Source of the DNA: Clostridia bacterium
GTDB taxonomy: Bacteria > Bacillota > Clostridia > Christensenellales > Borkfalkiaceae
Length of the DNA stretch: 64,000 nt
Assembly: GCA_017886545.1 (NCBI GenBank)
Contig: JAGHJS010000046.1
Location: 22,400-86,399, forward strand
Reading direction: 5' to 3'
In this document: piece after piece, positions 35,674-46,411 of the stretch
Layout: each line of letters opens with the position of its first letter
How positions within the stretch are numbered: the stretch's first letter is position 1
Notes under the pieces: model-generated
Database searches by the model: none
What the model saw: only the letters and a program-made list of their open reading frames with translations
What the model was told of the DNA's origin: nothing
Program-made: the position numbers and the translations under genes

Positions 35674-37479
35674 TTAAATATCAGTTTTATTACTTAAAAT
35701 ACAGATACTGTTCTTTTCAAGCGTGTATTTATCTGAATACATCTCCCCTGTCAAAAGCTCACACATCGACCCGTTAAAGCAAAGGTCAAAACGATTTGTC
35801 CCTCTGTTGACGCCGATCACAGCAACTTCACGCTCCGTCCTTCGCTCATATACAATACACGTTTTATCTGCATACAGCTCATGAAATTCGCTTGTCGTAA
35901 ATACGGAAAGGCTGCTCCTGATTTTTGAAAGCCTTTGAAAATATTTCAGCAGATCCTCATCGATCGCATCCCACGCAAACGGAAACCGACAAAACGGATC
36001 CGCATATCCTTCCATCCCTATTTCGTCGCCATAGTAAATACACGGCACCCCAAAAACAGTAAACAGCAGTAATCCGGCAACTTTCAGTTTTTCAATTGCT
36101 TCCGCCCGCTGTTCCTCACTAAGCTTTGTACGGCTCATTTCCTCTTTGGTATGCACGGCAACGCCGCTCAGCGCCGTCAGAATACGGAAAGTATCATGCG
36201 TTCCAAGTATGTTCATCAGGCAATCGAGAACAGCTTTCGGATAATTATCGCGCAACATTGCTATTGTCTGCCGAAGAACAGACGTATCGTTTGTCAGCAC
36301 AAAATTTATGATCGCATTTTTCAAGGGATAATTCATAACGCTGTCAAGTTCCTTCCCCTGAAAGTAGCGGCGACGTTTGCTGTATGCGATCTTATTTGAT
36401 GCATCTTCCCAAACCTCACCGATAACGACAGCATTCGGCGATTCAGTTTTAACGGCGCTGCGAATTTTTTCTACGAACTCATCCGGAAGCTCATCGGCAA
36501 CATCCAGCCTCCAACCGCTGATCCCCGCCCGCAGCCATTGACGAAGCACTCCGTTTTCTCCCGTAATAAATTCAACATACGAGGGGCAGGATTCATTGAT
36601 CGCCGGCAAAACGTCGATCCCCCACCAACTATCGTAGCTATCCGGGAAACAGTGGAAATTATACCACGCATAGTACTTCGATTCTTTGGATTGATACGCC
36701 CCTATCTCATCATAGTGACCATATTTATTGAAATAACGGCTGTCATCCCCAGTATGGTTAAATACACCGTCAAGAATTACACGGATCCCGCGTTCATTAC
36801 AGCTTCGGATCAGCTCGTTAAAATCCTCCATTGTCCCAAGGATCGGATCAATCTGCAAATAATCTCCGGTGTCATAACGATGATTGGAATACGCACGAAA
36901 TATGGGATTCAGATACAGGATCGTTACGCCGAGTTCCGTCAGATAATCCAATTTTTCGGTGATACCTTTCAGATTCCCGCCGAAAAAATCGTTATTTAAA
37001 ACTTTACCGAACTGATTTGCGCGATATTCGGGTGATTCGTTCCAGTTCTTATGCATCCATTGCCCGCGCCCCGCACGCACTTCGCCGCTGCGGTAAAACC
37101 GATCCGGAAAAATCTGATACATCACCCCGCCCTTCATCCAGTCCGGAGTCGAAAACCCTTCCGAATAGACCAAAAGCTGCCAATCCGTGACAGCCGAAGA
37201 AAAGGTAAGAAGATGGAGATCGTCCCTTCCTGCCTCTGTCTGATCGATTTTAAAATGATAAAAATACAGTCCCGGATCAGAAAAAGAGAGTACAAAACAC
37301 CAGCCTCCGGCGACTTTATGCATCGGATAGCTTTGGGCTTCCTCCCCGTCCCTTCTCAGGATAAGTTCACAGTGCCCTGCGTTTTCGGCAAAGAGCATGA
37401 TCCTGCAATCAATATTTTGTTGTACCGCCCCCGTAACGCTTTTACAACGAGGATCCAACGGATTGTAGTAGATGTCCAT
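35674..37479 (-). CDS. GH13 neopullulanase/cyclomaltodextrinase-like (glycogen-degrading) enzyme
   Basis: YQIFPDRF, SNHRYDT, LDGVFNH, GWRLDVADE, GEVWED and GTHDT motifs. Confidence 0.9.
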   Translation of the reverse strand: MDIYYNPLDPRCKSVTGAVQQNIDCRIMLFAENAGHCELILRRDGEEAQSYPMHKVAGGWCFVLSFSDPGLYFYHFKIDQTEAGRDDLHLLTFSSAVTDWQLLVYSEGFSTPDWMKGGVMYQIFPDRFYRSGEVRAGRGQWMHKNWNESPEYRANQFGKVLNNDFFGGNLKGITEKLDYLTELGVTILYLNPIFRAYSNHRYDTGDYLQIDPILGTMEDFNELIRSCNERGIRVILDGVFNHTGDDSRYFNKYGHYDEIGAYQSKESKYYAWYNFHCFPDSYDSWWGIDVLPAINESCPSYVEFITGENGVLRQWLRAGISGWRLDVADELPDEFVEKIRSAVKTESPNAVVIGEVWEDASNKIAYSKRRRYFQGKELDSVMNYPLKNAIINFVLTNDTSVLRQTIAMLRDNYPKAVLDCLMNILGTHDTFRILTALSGVAVHTKEEMSRTKLSEEQRAEAIEKLKVAGLLLFTVFGVPCIYYGDEIGMEGYADPFCRFPFAWDAIDEDLLKYFQRLSKIRSSLSVFTTSEFHELYADKTCIVYERRTEREVAVIGVNRGTNRFDLCFNGSMCELLTGEMYSDKYTLEKNSICILSNKTDI

Positions 37480-37607
37480 ATGTTTAGCCTAAACTTTATC
37501 AATTGTTAAAATGCTATAATTACCATTTACAGCATGGCGCGCCGAACAAACTCTTTGCACCATGCTGTAAATACATATCAGTGATTCTTGTTTTCAGATC
37601 GCCCAGC

Positions 37608-40043
37608 TCAGCTTTTAAGCGATTTGAGGTTCCAAATATTGTCGGCGTACTCTTTGATGCTTCTGTCCGCAGAAAAACAACCGGATGCCGCAATATTGTT
37701 TAAGGACATCTTCAACCAGCGCATCTTGTCGTCGGCATAAATCGCCTTCATCTTTTTCTGAGCCGTGCTGTATGAGTCGAAATCCGCCATGCACATATAC
37801 GGATCGGCGACCGGTGTACCTGTCAACAGATAATTCGCCATATCGGAGAACGACTCGCCGTTGAATCCCTTGATCAGCGATTCAACAATTTTACGGACGC
37901 GGTCATTATGATTATAATAGCTGCTGGCATTATAGCCTTTGGTCCAGATATCATCCACCTCATCTGCCGTCAGTCCGAAAATAAAGATATTTTCATCGCC
38001 GACCGCTTCGCTCATTTCAACATTCGCGCCGTCCAACGTCCCGATCGTGATCGCACCGTTGATCATGAATTTCATGTTGCCGGTGCCGCTTGCCTCTTTC
38101 CCTGCCTGGGAGATCTGTTCGCTGACCTCACTTGCAGGCATGAGCTTTTCAGCCATCGTGACATTGTAGTCTTCCATATAAACTACGTTGAGCTTTTCAC
38201 GAATCTTCGGATGTTTCCTGATATCTTCGGCAAGGTAACAAATCAGTTTTATGACCTGTTTTGCCATAAGGTACCCGGACGCCGCCTTTGCACCGAAAAT
38301 AAATGTTTGCGGAACGATCTCCATATCGGGATTTTCGAGCAGATCGGAGTACAGCGAAATAATATTCATGACGTTCAGCAGCTGACGCTTATACTCATGC
38401 ATCCTTTTTGCCTGAACATCGAAGCACGAATCCGGATCGATACGGATCCCTTCCTTTTTAAAGGCATAGTCCGCAAACTGAACCTTTTTCAGCCTCTTGA
38501 TTTCCGCAAGCCGGTTCAGGACGCTTTTATTGTTTTCAAACTCCTTGAACTTGGAAAGCTGCGTTGCGTCTTTGACATAGCCGGTTCCGATGCAATCGTT
38601 CAGTAATTCGCACAATTCAGGATTGGACTGGCACAGCCAACGCCTGTGCGCGATCCCGTTCGTAACATTGGTAAACTTATCCGGCCAAAGTTTATAGAAC
38701 CCGTGAAAAATGCTCTCTTTAATGATCTCACTGTGCAATGCGGAAACGCCGTTTACTTTATGCGACCCTACCACACACAAATTCGCCATTTTGATCTGCC
38801 CGTCCGCCATGATCGCCAGATCATTGATAAAGCGATGCTGCCCGGGAAAGCGATTCCACAGATCGTTGCAGAACCTGCGGTTGATCTCTTTGATGATCAT
38901 ATGGATACGGGGCAGCCTGCGAGCAATAAGATCTTCCTGCCATGTTTCAAGCGCCTCTGCCATAACCGTATGATTGGTATACGCGAACGTCGACGTGACA
39001 ATATTCCAGGCGTCGTCCCATGTAAACCCGTTCTCATCCATCAAAAGACGCATCATTTCAGGGATCGCCAATGCCGGATGCGTATCATTGATGTGGATAG
39101 CAGCCTGTTTCGGCAAAAGATCAAGCGGCCCGTAACGACGCTTATGGTCGTTTATGATATTCTGCAGAGAAGCAGACACCAGGAAATATTGCTGTTTTAA
39201 GCGCAATGATTTTCCTTCGTGATGATCATCCGCAGGATACAAGACCTTAGAGATGACCTCCGCTTCGTTTTCGTCCTGCATGCAGCGTTGATAATCCCCT
39301 TGCGAAAACAGTTTCATATCGAATTTGGAGATGTTACGCGCACGCCACAAACGGAGCACTGACACCGCTTCACAGTCCTTACCGGAGATCATCATGTCGT
39401 AAGCGATCGCTTCGACCTCTTTATACCCTCCGTATGTGACCTTCAGTCCGTTTTCAGACCAATCCTCGTGCACCCAACCGTCGAACTTGACAGTGCAGGA
39501 TTTATCGCTCCGCTGCGTCAGCCAAACCTCCCCTCCCGGAAGCCATACATCGGGAAGCTCGATCTGCCAGCCGTCCACGATCTTCTGTTTGAAAAGACCG
39601 TATTCATAACAGATGGAATACCCCATTGCGGGATAATTCCCCGTTGCAAGCGCATCCATAAAGCACGCGGCAAGACGACCGAGCCCGCCGTTTCCGAGCC
39701 CGGCATCCGGTTCACACTCGTACAAATCGTCAAGCGTAAGCCCGAAACTTTTTACGGCATTGCCGTATGCTTCCTGCAAACCCAAATTGTAGATATTGTT
39801 TTTCAGGGACCTTCCGAGCAAAAACTCCATGCACAGGTAATACACGCGTTTGCCCTTTTTGCTCATCATTACCTTATGAAACTGCTGCCGCTTCTCAAGG
39901 AGGATGTCCCTCACGCTCATTACGACCGCTTTGTATATCTGATCGATAGAGGCCTCTTTCGGCGATACGCCATAGTACCGTGAAAGTTTTCCCTGGATCA
40001 GCGTCTGCACTTCCTTTTCGGTAATGCTCTTTGTGCTGCTCAT
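37608..40043 (-). CDS. glgP: Glycogen/starch phosphorylase
   Basis: GLGNGGLGRLAAC, INDTHP, KRMHEYKRQ and EASGTGNMK motifs. Confidence 0.97.
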   Translation of the reverse strand: MSSTKSITEKEVQTLIQGKLSRYYGVSPKEASIDQIYKAVVMSVRDILLEKRQQFHKVMMSKKGKRVYYLCMEFLLGRSLKNNIYNLGLQEAYGNAVKSFGLTLDDLYECEPDAGLGNGGLGRLAACFMDALATGNYPAMGYSICYEYGLFKQKIVDGWQIELPDVWLPGGEVWLTQRSDKSCTVKFDGWVHEDWSENGLKVTYGGYKEVEAIAYDMMISGKDCEAVSVLRLWRARNISKFDMKLFSQGDYQRCMQDENEAEVISKVLYPADDHHEGKSLRLKQQYFLVSASLQNIINDHKRRYGPLDLLPKQAAIHINDTHPALAIPEMMRLLMDENGFTWDDAWNIVTSTFAYTNHTVMAEALETWQEDLIARRLPRIHMIIKEINRRFCNDLWNRFPGQHRFINDLAIMADGQIKMANLCVVGSHKVNGVSALHSEIIKESIFHGFYKLWPDKFTNVTNGIAHRRWLCQSNPELCELLNDCIGTGYVKDATQLSKFKEFENNKSVLNRLAEIKRLKKVQFADYAFKKEGIRIDPDSCFDVQAKRMHEYKRQLLNVMNIISLYSDLLENPDMEIVPQTFIFGAKAASGYLMAKQVIKLICYLAEDIRKHPKIREKLNVVYMEDYNVTMAEKLMPASEVSEQISQAGKEASGTGNMKFMINGAITIGTLDGANVEMSEAVGDENIFIFGLTADEVDDIWTKGYNASSYYNHNDRVRKIVESLIKGFNGESFSDMANYLLTGTPVADPYMCMADFDSYSTAQKKMKAIYADDKMRWLKMSLNNIAASGCFSADRSIKEYADNIWNLKSLKS

Positions 40044-40063
40044 GTTAACTCCTACCGTTTAAA

Positions 40064-41695
40064 TTATTTCAACATTTCCCCATACACTTTTTCGTACTCT
40101 TTTGCGGAATGCTGCCAACTGAAATCGACCGACATAACACGTTTGACCAACTCGGGCCAAAAATCCTTGTTGCGATAGCAGTTGATCGCCTCCCGAATAA
40201 CGTACAACATATCATATGCATTATACGCGGCAAATGTAAAGCCGTTCCCGCCGTTTCCGACAGGCTTGATGCTGTCATACAATCCGCCCGTTTCACGCAC
40301 GATCGGCACCGTTCCGTAGCGGCTCGCGATCATTTGCGACAAGCCGCACGGTTCTGACTTCGAAGGCATCAGGAAAAGATCGGCACCGGAATAAATCTTA
40401 CGAGACAGATCGGGATTGAACGCAATGACCGAAACAAACTTCCCGACATATCTTCTTGCAAGGTCGCTGAAATAATTCTCGTAAGCGGAATCGCCTTTGC
40501 CAAGAATTATTACCTGTACGTCTTCCCTTAATACCTCTTCGATGACCGTCCGCACAAGGTCAAGCCCTTTATGCGCAACAAGCCTTGAAATCAGCGCTAT
40601 GACCGGCGTATCCGGTTTGACAGGCAGATTGAACATCTTCTGCAATTCCGTCTTGCAGATCTTTTTCGGCTCGATATTTTCGACGCTGTAATTGCTGAAT
40701 ATCGCCCTGTCCGTCTCCGGATTATAGGAATCGACATCGATCCCGTTCAGAATGCCGAACAACTTGAATTCGTTCCTGCGGATGATCGGATCCAGCCCGT
40801 GTGCATAGTACGGATTTTTGATCTCTTCCGCATACCGCGGGCTTACCGTCGAAAACCGTTCGCTGCACTCGATTGCCGCCTTCATAAGGTTGATGCACTT
40901 ATTGTATTCCAGCAAATATTTCCAGTTATTGGAAATGCCGAAAAGGTCTTCCAGAATATCCAGGGAGTATTTCCCCTGGTATTCGATATTATGGATCGTA
41001 AACAGCGCCCTAATAAACTGATATTCGGGGCGGAAGCAGTAAATCGTTTTGAGATATACAGCGGCCAGCGCAGCCTGCCAGTCATGGCAATGCATGATGT
41101 CGGGATAAAAATTCAGGAACGGCATGATCTCCATTACGCTGCGGCAGAAAAAGGCAAAACGCTCGCCGTCGTCATAATAGCCGTAACATCCCGGACGTTT
41201 GAAATAATATTCGTTATCCAAAAAGTAGAACGTTACGTTGTTCGCCTCATAACTGAAAATCCCGCAATATTGATTGCGCCAGCCAAGCGGCACGAACAGG
41301 TTGCCGACATATTTAAATTTTGTACGAAGATCCCACGAAATATCGGAGTACAGCGGGATCACGACGCGGACGTCATAATCGTCATTTGCCGCAAGCGCCT
41401 TGGAAAGGGAGCCGATCACCTCAGCCAAGCCGCCCGTTGCGATAAACGGCGTCGATTCCGAAGCGACGAACAGGATCTTTTTCTTGGGCACGACGGTCAC
41501 AACAGGAACGGGTTCCTCCGCAGGGACGGGGGCAGCTTCCGCTTTCCCCGCCACAGACGCTTTTTTGCTACGCGCAGACGCGCGTGCTTTATTTTTTGTG
41601 GGCTGCACTTCAGCCGCTCCTTCCGTTTGGCTTTTGAGCACCTCTTCCGCCGCGCTTACAGCAACCCGATCTGTTTTTTTCGATTTTACCGCCAT
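40064..41695 (-). CDS. glgA: Glycogen synthase with N-terminal low-complexity extension
   Basis: TGGLAEV, HCHDWQ, TIHNI-YQG and EPCGLSQM motifs. Confidence 0.95.
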   Translation of the reverse strand: MAVKSKKTDRVAVSAAEEVLKSQTEGAAEVQPTKNKARASARSKKASVAGKAEAAPVPAEEPVPVVTVVPKKKILFVASESTPFIATGGLAEVIGSLSKALAANDDYDVRVVIPLYSDISWDLRTKFKYVGNLFVPLGWRNQYCGIFSYEANNVTFYFLDNEYYFKRPGCYGYYDDGERFAFFCRSVMEIMPFLNFYPDIMHCHDWQAALAAVYLKTIYCFRPEYQFIRALFTIHNIEYQGKYSLDILEDLFGISNNWKYLLEYNKCINLMKAAIECSERFSTVSPRYAEEIKNPYYAHGLDPIIRRNEFKLFGILNGIDVDSYNPETDRAIFSNYSVENIEPKKICKTELQKMFNLPVKPDTPVIALISRLVAHKGLDLVRTVIEEVLREDVQVIILGKGDSAYENYFSDLARRYVGKFVSVIAFNPDLSRKIYSGADLFLMPSKSEPCGLSQMIASRYGTVPIVRETGGLYDSIKPVGNGGNGFTFAAYNAYDMLYVIREAINCYRNKDFWPELVKRVMSVDFSWQHSAKEYEKVYGEMLK

Positions 41696-41734
41696 AAAGA
41701 AACCTCCCCTTATATTTTTGGTTTATTTGCAGTT

Positions 41735-42841
41735 TCAGATCATAGTCCCTTTCGAAAGGAAATACGGTTGAAGCTCGCACCCGGACAATACCCTTCTGTC
41801 GCGGATCACAACATTTTTATCGGTGATCACGCAGTTGAGGCTGACGTTATCGCCAAGTACGGTATCCTGCATCAGGATCGAATTCCGCACCACCGTCCCC
41901 TTGCCGACTTTGACGCCGCGGAACAAAATACTGTTTTCGACCGTTCCCTCGACGATGCAGCCATCGGAAATCAGGGAATTTTTTACTGACGAATCATCGC
42001 CGTACTTCGACGGAGCCGAATCGCGTACCTTCGTATAGATGTCGCGCGCGCCGAACAGCTCGTCGCGTACAGGCTTTTGCAAAAGTTCCATATTGTGCAC
42101 AAAATAAGACGAAAGCGAATCGATCGTTGCATGATAGCCCGTAAAATCATACGAGAAGATCTTAAGCGTCTTCATCCTGCGCATGATGATATCTTCACGG
42201 AAACTCTTATAGTTATGGACGATCGCGTCTTCAATGAGCGTAAGCAGGAACTGCCGCCCGATGATCATGATGTTGCTGTAAAATTTATTGGAACCGCGGA
42301 CCTTTTCATTGATTTTTATATCCGTGACCCTGCCGCTTTCATCCGACTTGATCGTTGTATAATTGTTGGAGTTTACGATCTCTTCATTGTGGCAGACAAC
42401 CGTCATATCTGCCTGCTTCGCTTCATGAAAATCGATAACTTCCGACAGATCCATGCGATAAACGCCGTCACAGTCGCAAAGGATCACATAATCCTCATTG
42501 CGGCGGTTCAGGAAGCCTGTAATGCCCTTGAGCGCCTCCAGCCTGTTCTTATACAGGCTTTCGCTCTGCCGCGCGCCGAAAGGCGGAAGCAGGATCAATC
42601 CGCCCGTCTTGCGGGCGAGATCCCAGTCTTTGCCGCTGCCGAGATGATCCATCAGCGACTGATAGTTGTTCTTCGTGATGATGCCGACCGTCGTGACCCC
42701 GGAGTTGACCAGATTGGAAAGCGCAAAATCGATCAGCCTGTACCGCCCGCCGAACGGCAGCGAACCCATAGTACGCTGCTGGGAAAGCTCAGGGATGTTT
42801 TCGTCGTGGATATTAGAAAAAATTACACCAACTGCAGACAT
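41735..42841 (-). CDS. glgD: ADP-glucose pyrophosphorylase subunit GlgD
   Basis: PFGGRYRLIDF-LSN and DHLGSGKDWDL motifs; C-terminal beta-helix. Confidence 0.94.
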   Translation of the reverse strand: MSAVGVIFSNIHDENIPELSQQRTMGSLPFGGRYRLIDFALSNLVNSGVTTVGIITKNNYQSLMDHLGSGKDWDLARKTGGLILLPPFGARQSESLYKNRLEALKGITGFLNRRNEDYVILCDCDGVYRMDLSEVIDFHEAKQADMTVVCHNEEIVNSNNYTTIKSDESGRVTDIKINEKVRGSNKFYSNIMIIGRQFLLTLIEDAIVHNYKSFREDIIMRRMKTLKIFSYDFTGYHATIDSLSSYFVHNMELLQKPVRDELFGARDIYTKVRDSAPSKYGDDSSVKNSLISDGCIVEGTVENSILFRGVKVGKGTVVRNSILMQDTVLGDNVSLNCVITDKNVVIRDRRVLSGCELQPYFLSKGTMI

Positions 42842-42843
42842 AA

Positions 42844-44049
42844 TTACGCTTCCTCCCCTTCTTTAATGTCCCTGTCAACGATATTGCCCGCCGCAACGGA
42901 CGCCCCTGCGCCGACGTTTATCCCTCTCCCGAGCACGGCGATCCCTTTGGCGATCTCCTTATCCTCTCCGATAACAGCTTTTTCGCCGACCGTAACATCC
43001 TCATCGATGATGGCATAGTTGACGACGGCGCCGCTTTTGACGACCGTGCCGCTCATGATCACGGAATCTTTTACTACAGCCCCCTCTTCGACCACGACAT
43101 TGCTGGAAAGGATCGATTTTTCGACCGTTCCGTATACTTCGCAGCCGAGTGCGATCATGGAATTCTTAACCTCTGCCTTTTCGCCGAGATATTCCGGCGG
43201 CGCAAGAGGATTGCGCGAATGGATCTTCCAGGACGAATCCGCCACATCAAATGTCGGCTGCTCGTCCAAAAGATCCATGTTCGCCTCCCAAAGCGAACTG
43301 ATCGTACCGACGTCTTTCCAATACCCTTCAAACTTATATGCAAACATGCGCTCGCCGGCGTTCAGCATGGCTGGCAGAACGTTTTTACCGAAGTCTTTGG
43401 AGGACTCAGGGTCGTTTTCATCCTCTTCAAGATATTTGTACAGCTTTTCCGCCGTGAAAATGTACACGCCCATGGATGCAAGCGTGCTCTTCGGCTGCTT
43501 CGGCTTTTCTTAAAATTCATAGATAGAGCCGTCCGGATTCGTATTCAGTATACCGAAACGGGAGGCTTCCTTCAAGGGCACTTCGATCGCGGCGATCGTG
43601 CAGTCCGCATTCGTATCGATGTGCGCCTTAAGCATCTTGCTGTAATCCATCTTGTAGATGTGGTCGCCCGAAAGAATGAGCACATATTCGGGATTGTACA
43701 TCTTGATGAAATTCAGGTTCTGGTAGATCGCGTTTGCCGTGCCTTCATACCATGCGGATTTCGCCTTCTTCTGATACGGCGAAAGGATATGTACGCCGCC
43801 GAAGTTACGGTCAAGATCCCACGGCTGCCCGTTGCCGATGTACTCATTGAGCATGAGCGGCTGGTACTGCGTAAGAACGCCTACCGTATCAATGCCCGAA
43901 TTGATGCAGTTGGAGAGCGGAAAATCGATGATACGATACTTTGCTCCGAACGGAACGGCAGGCTTGGCGATGTTGTTCGTGAGCGCGTACAGTCTGCTGC
44001 CCTGCCCGCCGGCAAGAAGCATTGCCACACACTCTTTCTTTCTTTGCAT
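42844..44049 (-). pseudogene. glgC: Glucose-1-phosphate adenylyltransferase GlgC with an in-frame TAA at 43510-43512
   Basis: [28 protein letters not shown], then IYEF*EKPK...ASMGVY in the same frame, followed by DFG and YWKDVGT. Confidence 0.88.
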
Positions 44050-44104
44050 ATTGGATCCCCCTAAAATTTTATCAGGTTTTTTTATAATTCATCCGACGTC
44101 TCCG

Positions 44105-45985
44105 TCAGAGAATTTTCTGAAGATAAATGCAAGTAAGCGGCGGGATCTCGATCTTGATCGAATCTTCTTTCCCGTGACTGTTTTTATGCTGGGTGTTAAA
44201 GATCCGTTTTGTCAGTTTCCCCTGTCCGCCGTATTTCGGATGGTCGGTATTGAATACGACCTTGTATTTTCCTTTCGGAACGCCGAGCCTGTAATCCTCG
44301 GTCGCGCCCCCTGAAAAATTGACGGCCACAAGATACGTTTCCCCGTGTTTGTCCCGACGGAGATAGGCGATCACGTTCCTGTCCGCATCGTTCGGAGCGA
44401 TCCACTCGAAGCCGTCCCACGAATCCTCGATCTCATACATTGCGGGCGTCGAACGGTAAAATGAATTCAGGTCCGCGTTCATCTGCTGAAGTTTGGCATG
44501 CATCGGATATTGTTCCGCCAGGAAAAACTCCAGCCCTTCCTTATAATTCCACTCTTTGAATTGACCGAACTCGCATCCCATAAAAAGCAGCTTTTTGCCG
44601 GGATGCGACATCATGTACCCCATGAACGCACGCAGATTGGCAAATTTTTCTTCATAGGTCCCCGGCATTTTATCGATAAGCGAATGTTTGCCGTAAACGA
44701 CCTCATCGTGCGAGATGGGCAGAACATAGTTCTCGGTAAAGGCATACATCATCGAAAACGTCAGGCGGTTGTGATTCCCTTTACGGAAATACGGATCCGT
44801 CTGCATGTAATCGAGCACGTCATTCATCCAACCCATGTTCCACTTGAAATTGAATCCGAGCCCGCCGATATCCACAGGCTTTGTCACGAGCGGCCACGCC
44901 GTCGATTCCTCTGCGATCATCAGTGCATCGGGGAACTGGGAAAACACCGTGCTGTTGAGCCGACGCAAAAATTCGATCGCCTCAAGATTCTTATTTTCGC
45001 CGTATTTGTTCGGCAGCCATTCACCGGGACGCTTGTCGTAATCCAGATACAGCATGGAAGCGACCGCGTCCACGCGCAGCCCGTCGATATGGAATTTATC
45101 GAAAAAGAAGACGGCATTTGAGATCAGAAACGACAGGACCTCTTCCCTTCCGTAATCGAAACGGTGCGTGCCCCAGCTTTTGTGCTCCTTCCTGTCCCAC
45201 TGCCCGCTCTCGTACAAAGGCTCGCCGTCAAACTCGTACAGCCCGTGCGCGTCTTTGGGAAAATGCGCGGGTACCCAGTCCATAATGACGCCGATCCCGT
45301 TTTTATGCAGCTCATCGACCAAGCGCATAAAGTCGTGCGGGGTACCGAGGCGCGATGTGATGGCATAATACCCCGTTACCTGATACCCCCATGAACCGTC
45401 GTACGGGTATTCGCTGAGCGGCATAAACTCCACATGCGTATAATGCATACGGCGGAGGTACGGAATAAGGTCCTCTATCAGCTTACCGAAATCAAAATAA
45501 TTCCCGTCCCCGTACTGCCGCCAGGAAAGCGCGTTCATTTCATAAATATTCATCGGGGAGGCATAAGGATTCCTCATTTTACGATCTTTCAGATACTCTT
45601 TGTCGCCCCACTTATAGCCGGACAGATCGTAAGTTTTAGACGCCGTTTTGGAAGGCGTTTCGGCATGAAACGCATACGGGTCCGCTTTATACAGCATTCT
45701 CCCGTCTTTTGTTTTGATACAGTATTTGTAAATACTGTACTCTTTCATCCCGTCGATAAAGAGTTCGTATGTTTCGCCGTCGAGCAGCTTCTGCATCGGA
45801 TCGGCTTCCGGATTCCAGTCGTTGAAATCGCCGACAACGGAAACGCCGAGCGCATGCGGCGCCCATACTCTGAAAACATACCCTTTCTTTCCCTTCTCCT
45901 TATACGGATGCGCCCCGAACATGTCGTACGCCATGAAATTTTTTCCGTGATGGAACAAGTACAAAGGGAAATCAACTGTATCCAT
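44105..45985 (-). CDS. glgB: 1,4-alpha-glucan branching enzyme
   Basis: FRVWAPHA, SWGYQ, DWVPAHF, RVDAVASMLY, AEEST and SHDEVV motifs. Confidence 0.97.
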   Translation of the reverse strand: MDTVDFPLYLFHHGKNFMAYDMFGAHPYKEKGKKGYVFRVWAPHALGVSVVGDFNDWNPEADPMQKLLDGETYELFIDGMKEYSIYKYCIKTKDGRMLYKADPYAFHAETPSKTASKTYDLSGYKWGDKEYLKDRKMRNPYASPMNIYEMNALSWRQYGDGNYFDFGKLIEDLIPYLRRMHYTHVEFMPLSEYPYDGSWGYQVTGYYAITSRLGTPHDFMRLVDELHKNGIGVIMDWVPAHFPKDAHGLYEFDGEPLYESGQWDRKEHKSWGTHRFDYGREEVLSFLISNAVFFFDKFHIDGLRVDAVASMLYLDYDKRPGEWLPNKYGENKNLEAIEFLRRLNSTVFSQFPDALMIAEESTAWPLVTKPVDIGGLGFNFKWNMGWMNDVLDYMQTDPYFRKGNHNRLTFSMMYAFTENYVLPISHDEVVYGKHSLIDKMPGTYEEKFANLRAFMGYMMSHPGKKLLFMGCEFGQFKEWNYKEGLEFFLAEQYPMHAKLQQMNADLNSFYRSTPAMYEIEDSWDGFEWIAPNDADRNVIAYLRRDKHGETYLVAVNFSGGATEDYRLGVPKGKYKVVFNTDHPKYGGQGKLTKRIFNTQHKNSHGKEDSIKIEIPPLTCIYLQKIL

Positions 45986-46027
45986 TTTATCCTCCGGCAG
46001 AATCCCGCCCTGCTTTCTTCCTTATTT

Positions 46028-46056
46028 ATTATACAATAAAATTCTTCCCTTTTCAA
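46028..46056 (-). promoter_or_regulatory. Sigma-A promoter of the glg operon
   Basis: TTGAAA-17 nt-TATAAT. Confidence 0.7.
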
Positions 46057-46248
46057 TAGTTGAACGAAAAAAATTGAATTTTTTTAGCTAAAAAATGATT
46101 TTAAAAATCGGCATTCCGCAGCTAAACGTTAACATGCGCAGAGCTTGCCGAAGCCGCCCGTACGCAGCGGCGCGGACAGCGGAAACGAGGCGGCTCCATA
46201 CGTCGGCGAAATTAAAAGCAACCTCGCGAACGATCTCATCGGCGAAAC

Positions 46249-46286
46249 AAAAAAGCAGCATCGTGATCGTTCACGATGCTGCTTTT
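46249..46286 (-). terminator. Terminator after tRNA-Leu
   Basis: AAAAGCAGCATCGTGA-TCGT-TCACGATGCTGCTTTT hairpin. Confidence 0.8.
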
Positions 46287-46370
46287 GGTGTGAAGAATGG
46301 GACTTGAACCCACACGGATTTCTCCATACGCCCCTCAAACGTACGCGTCTGCCAATTCCGCCATCCTCAC
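46286..46370 (-). tRNA. tRNA-Leu (GAG)
   Basis: GTGAGGA...TCTTCAC-ACCA; anticodon arm TACGT-TT GAG GG-GCGTA; variable arm; promoter TTGACT-17-TAAAAT at 46382-46410. Confidence 0.95.
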
Positions 46371-46411
46371 AAGCGAAAGTTATTTTACACTACAAATAAA
46401 AAAAAGTCAAG

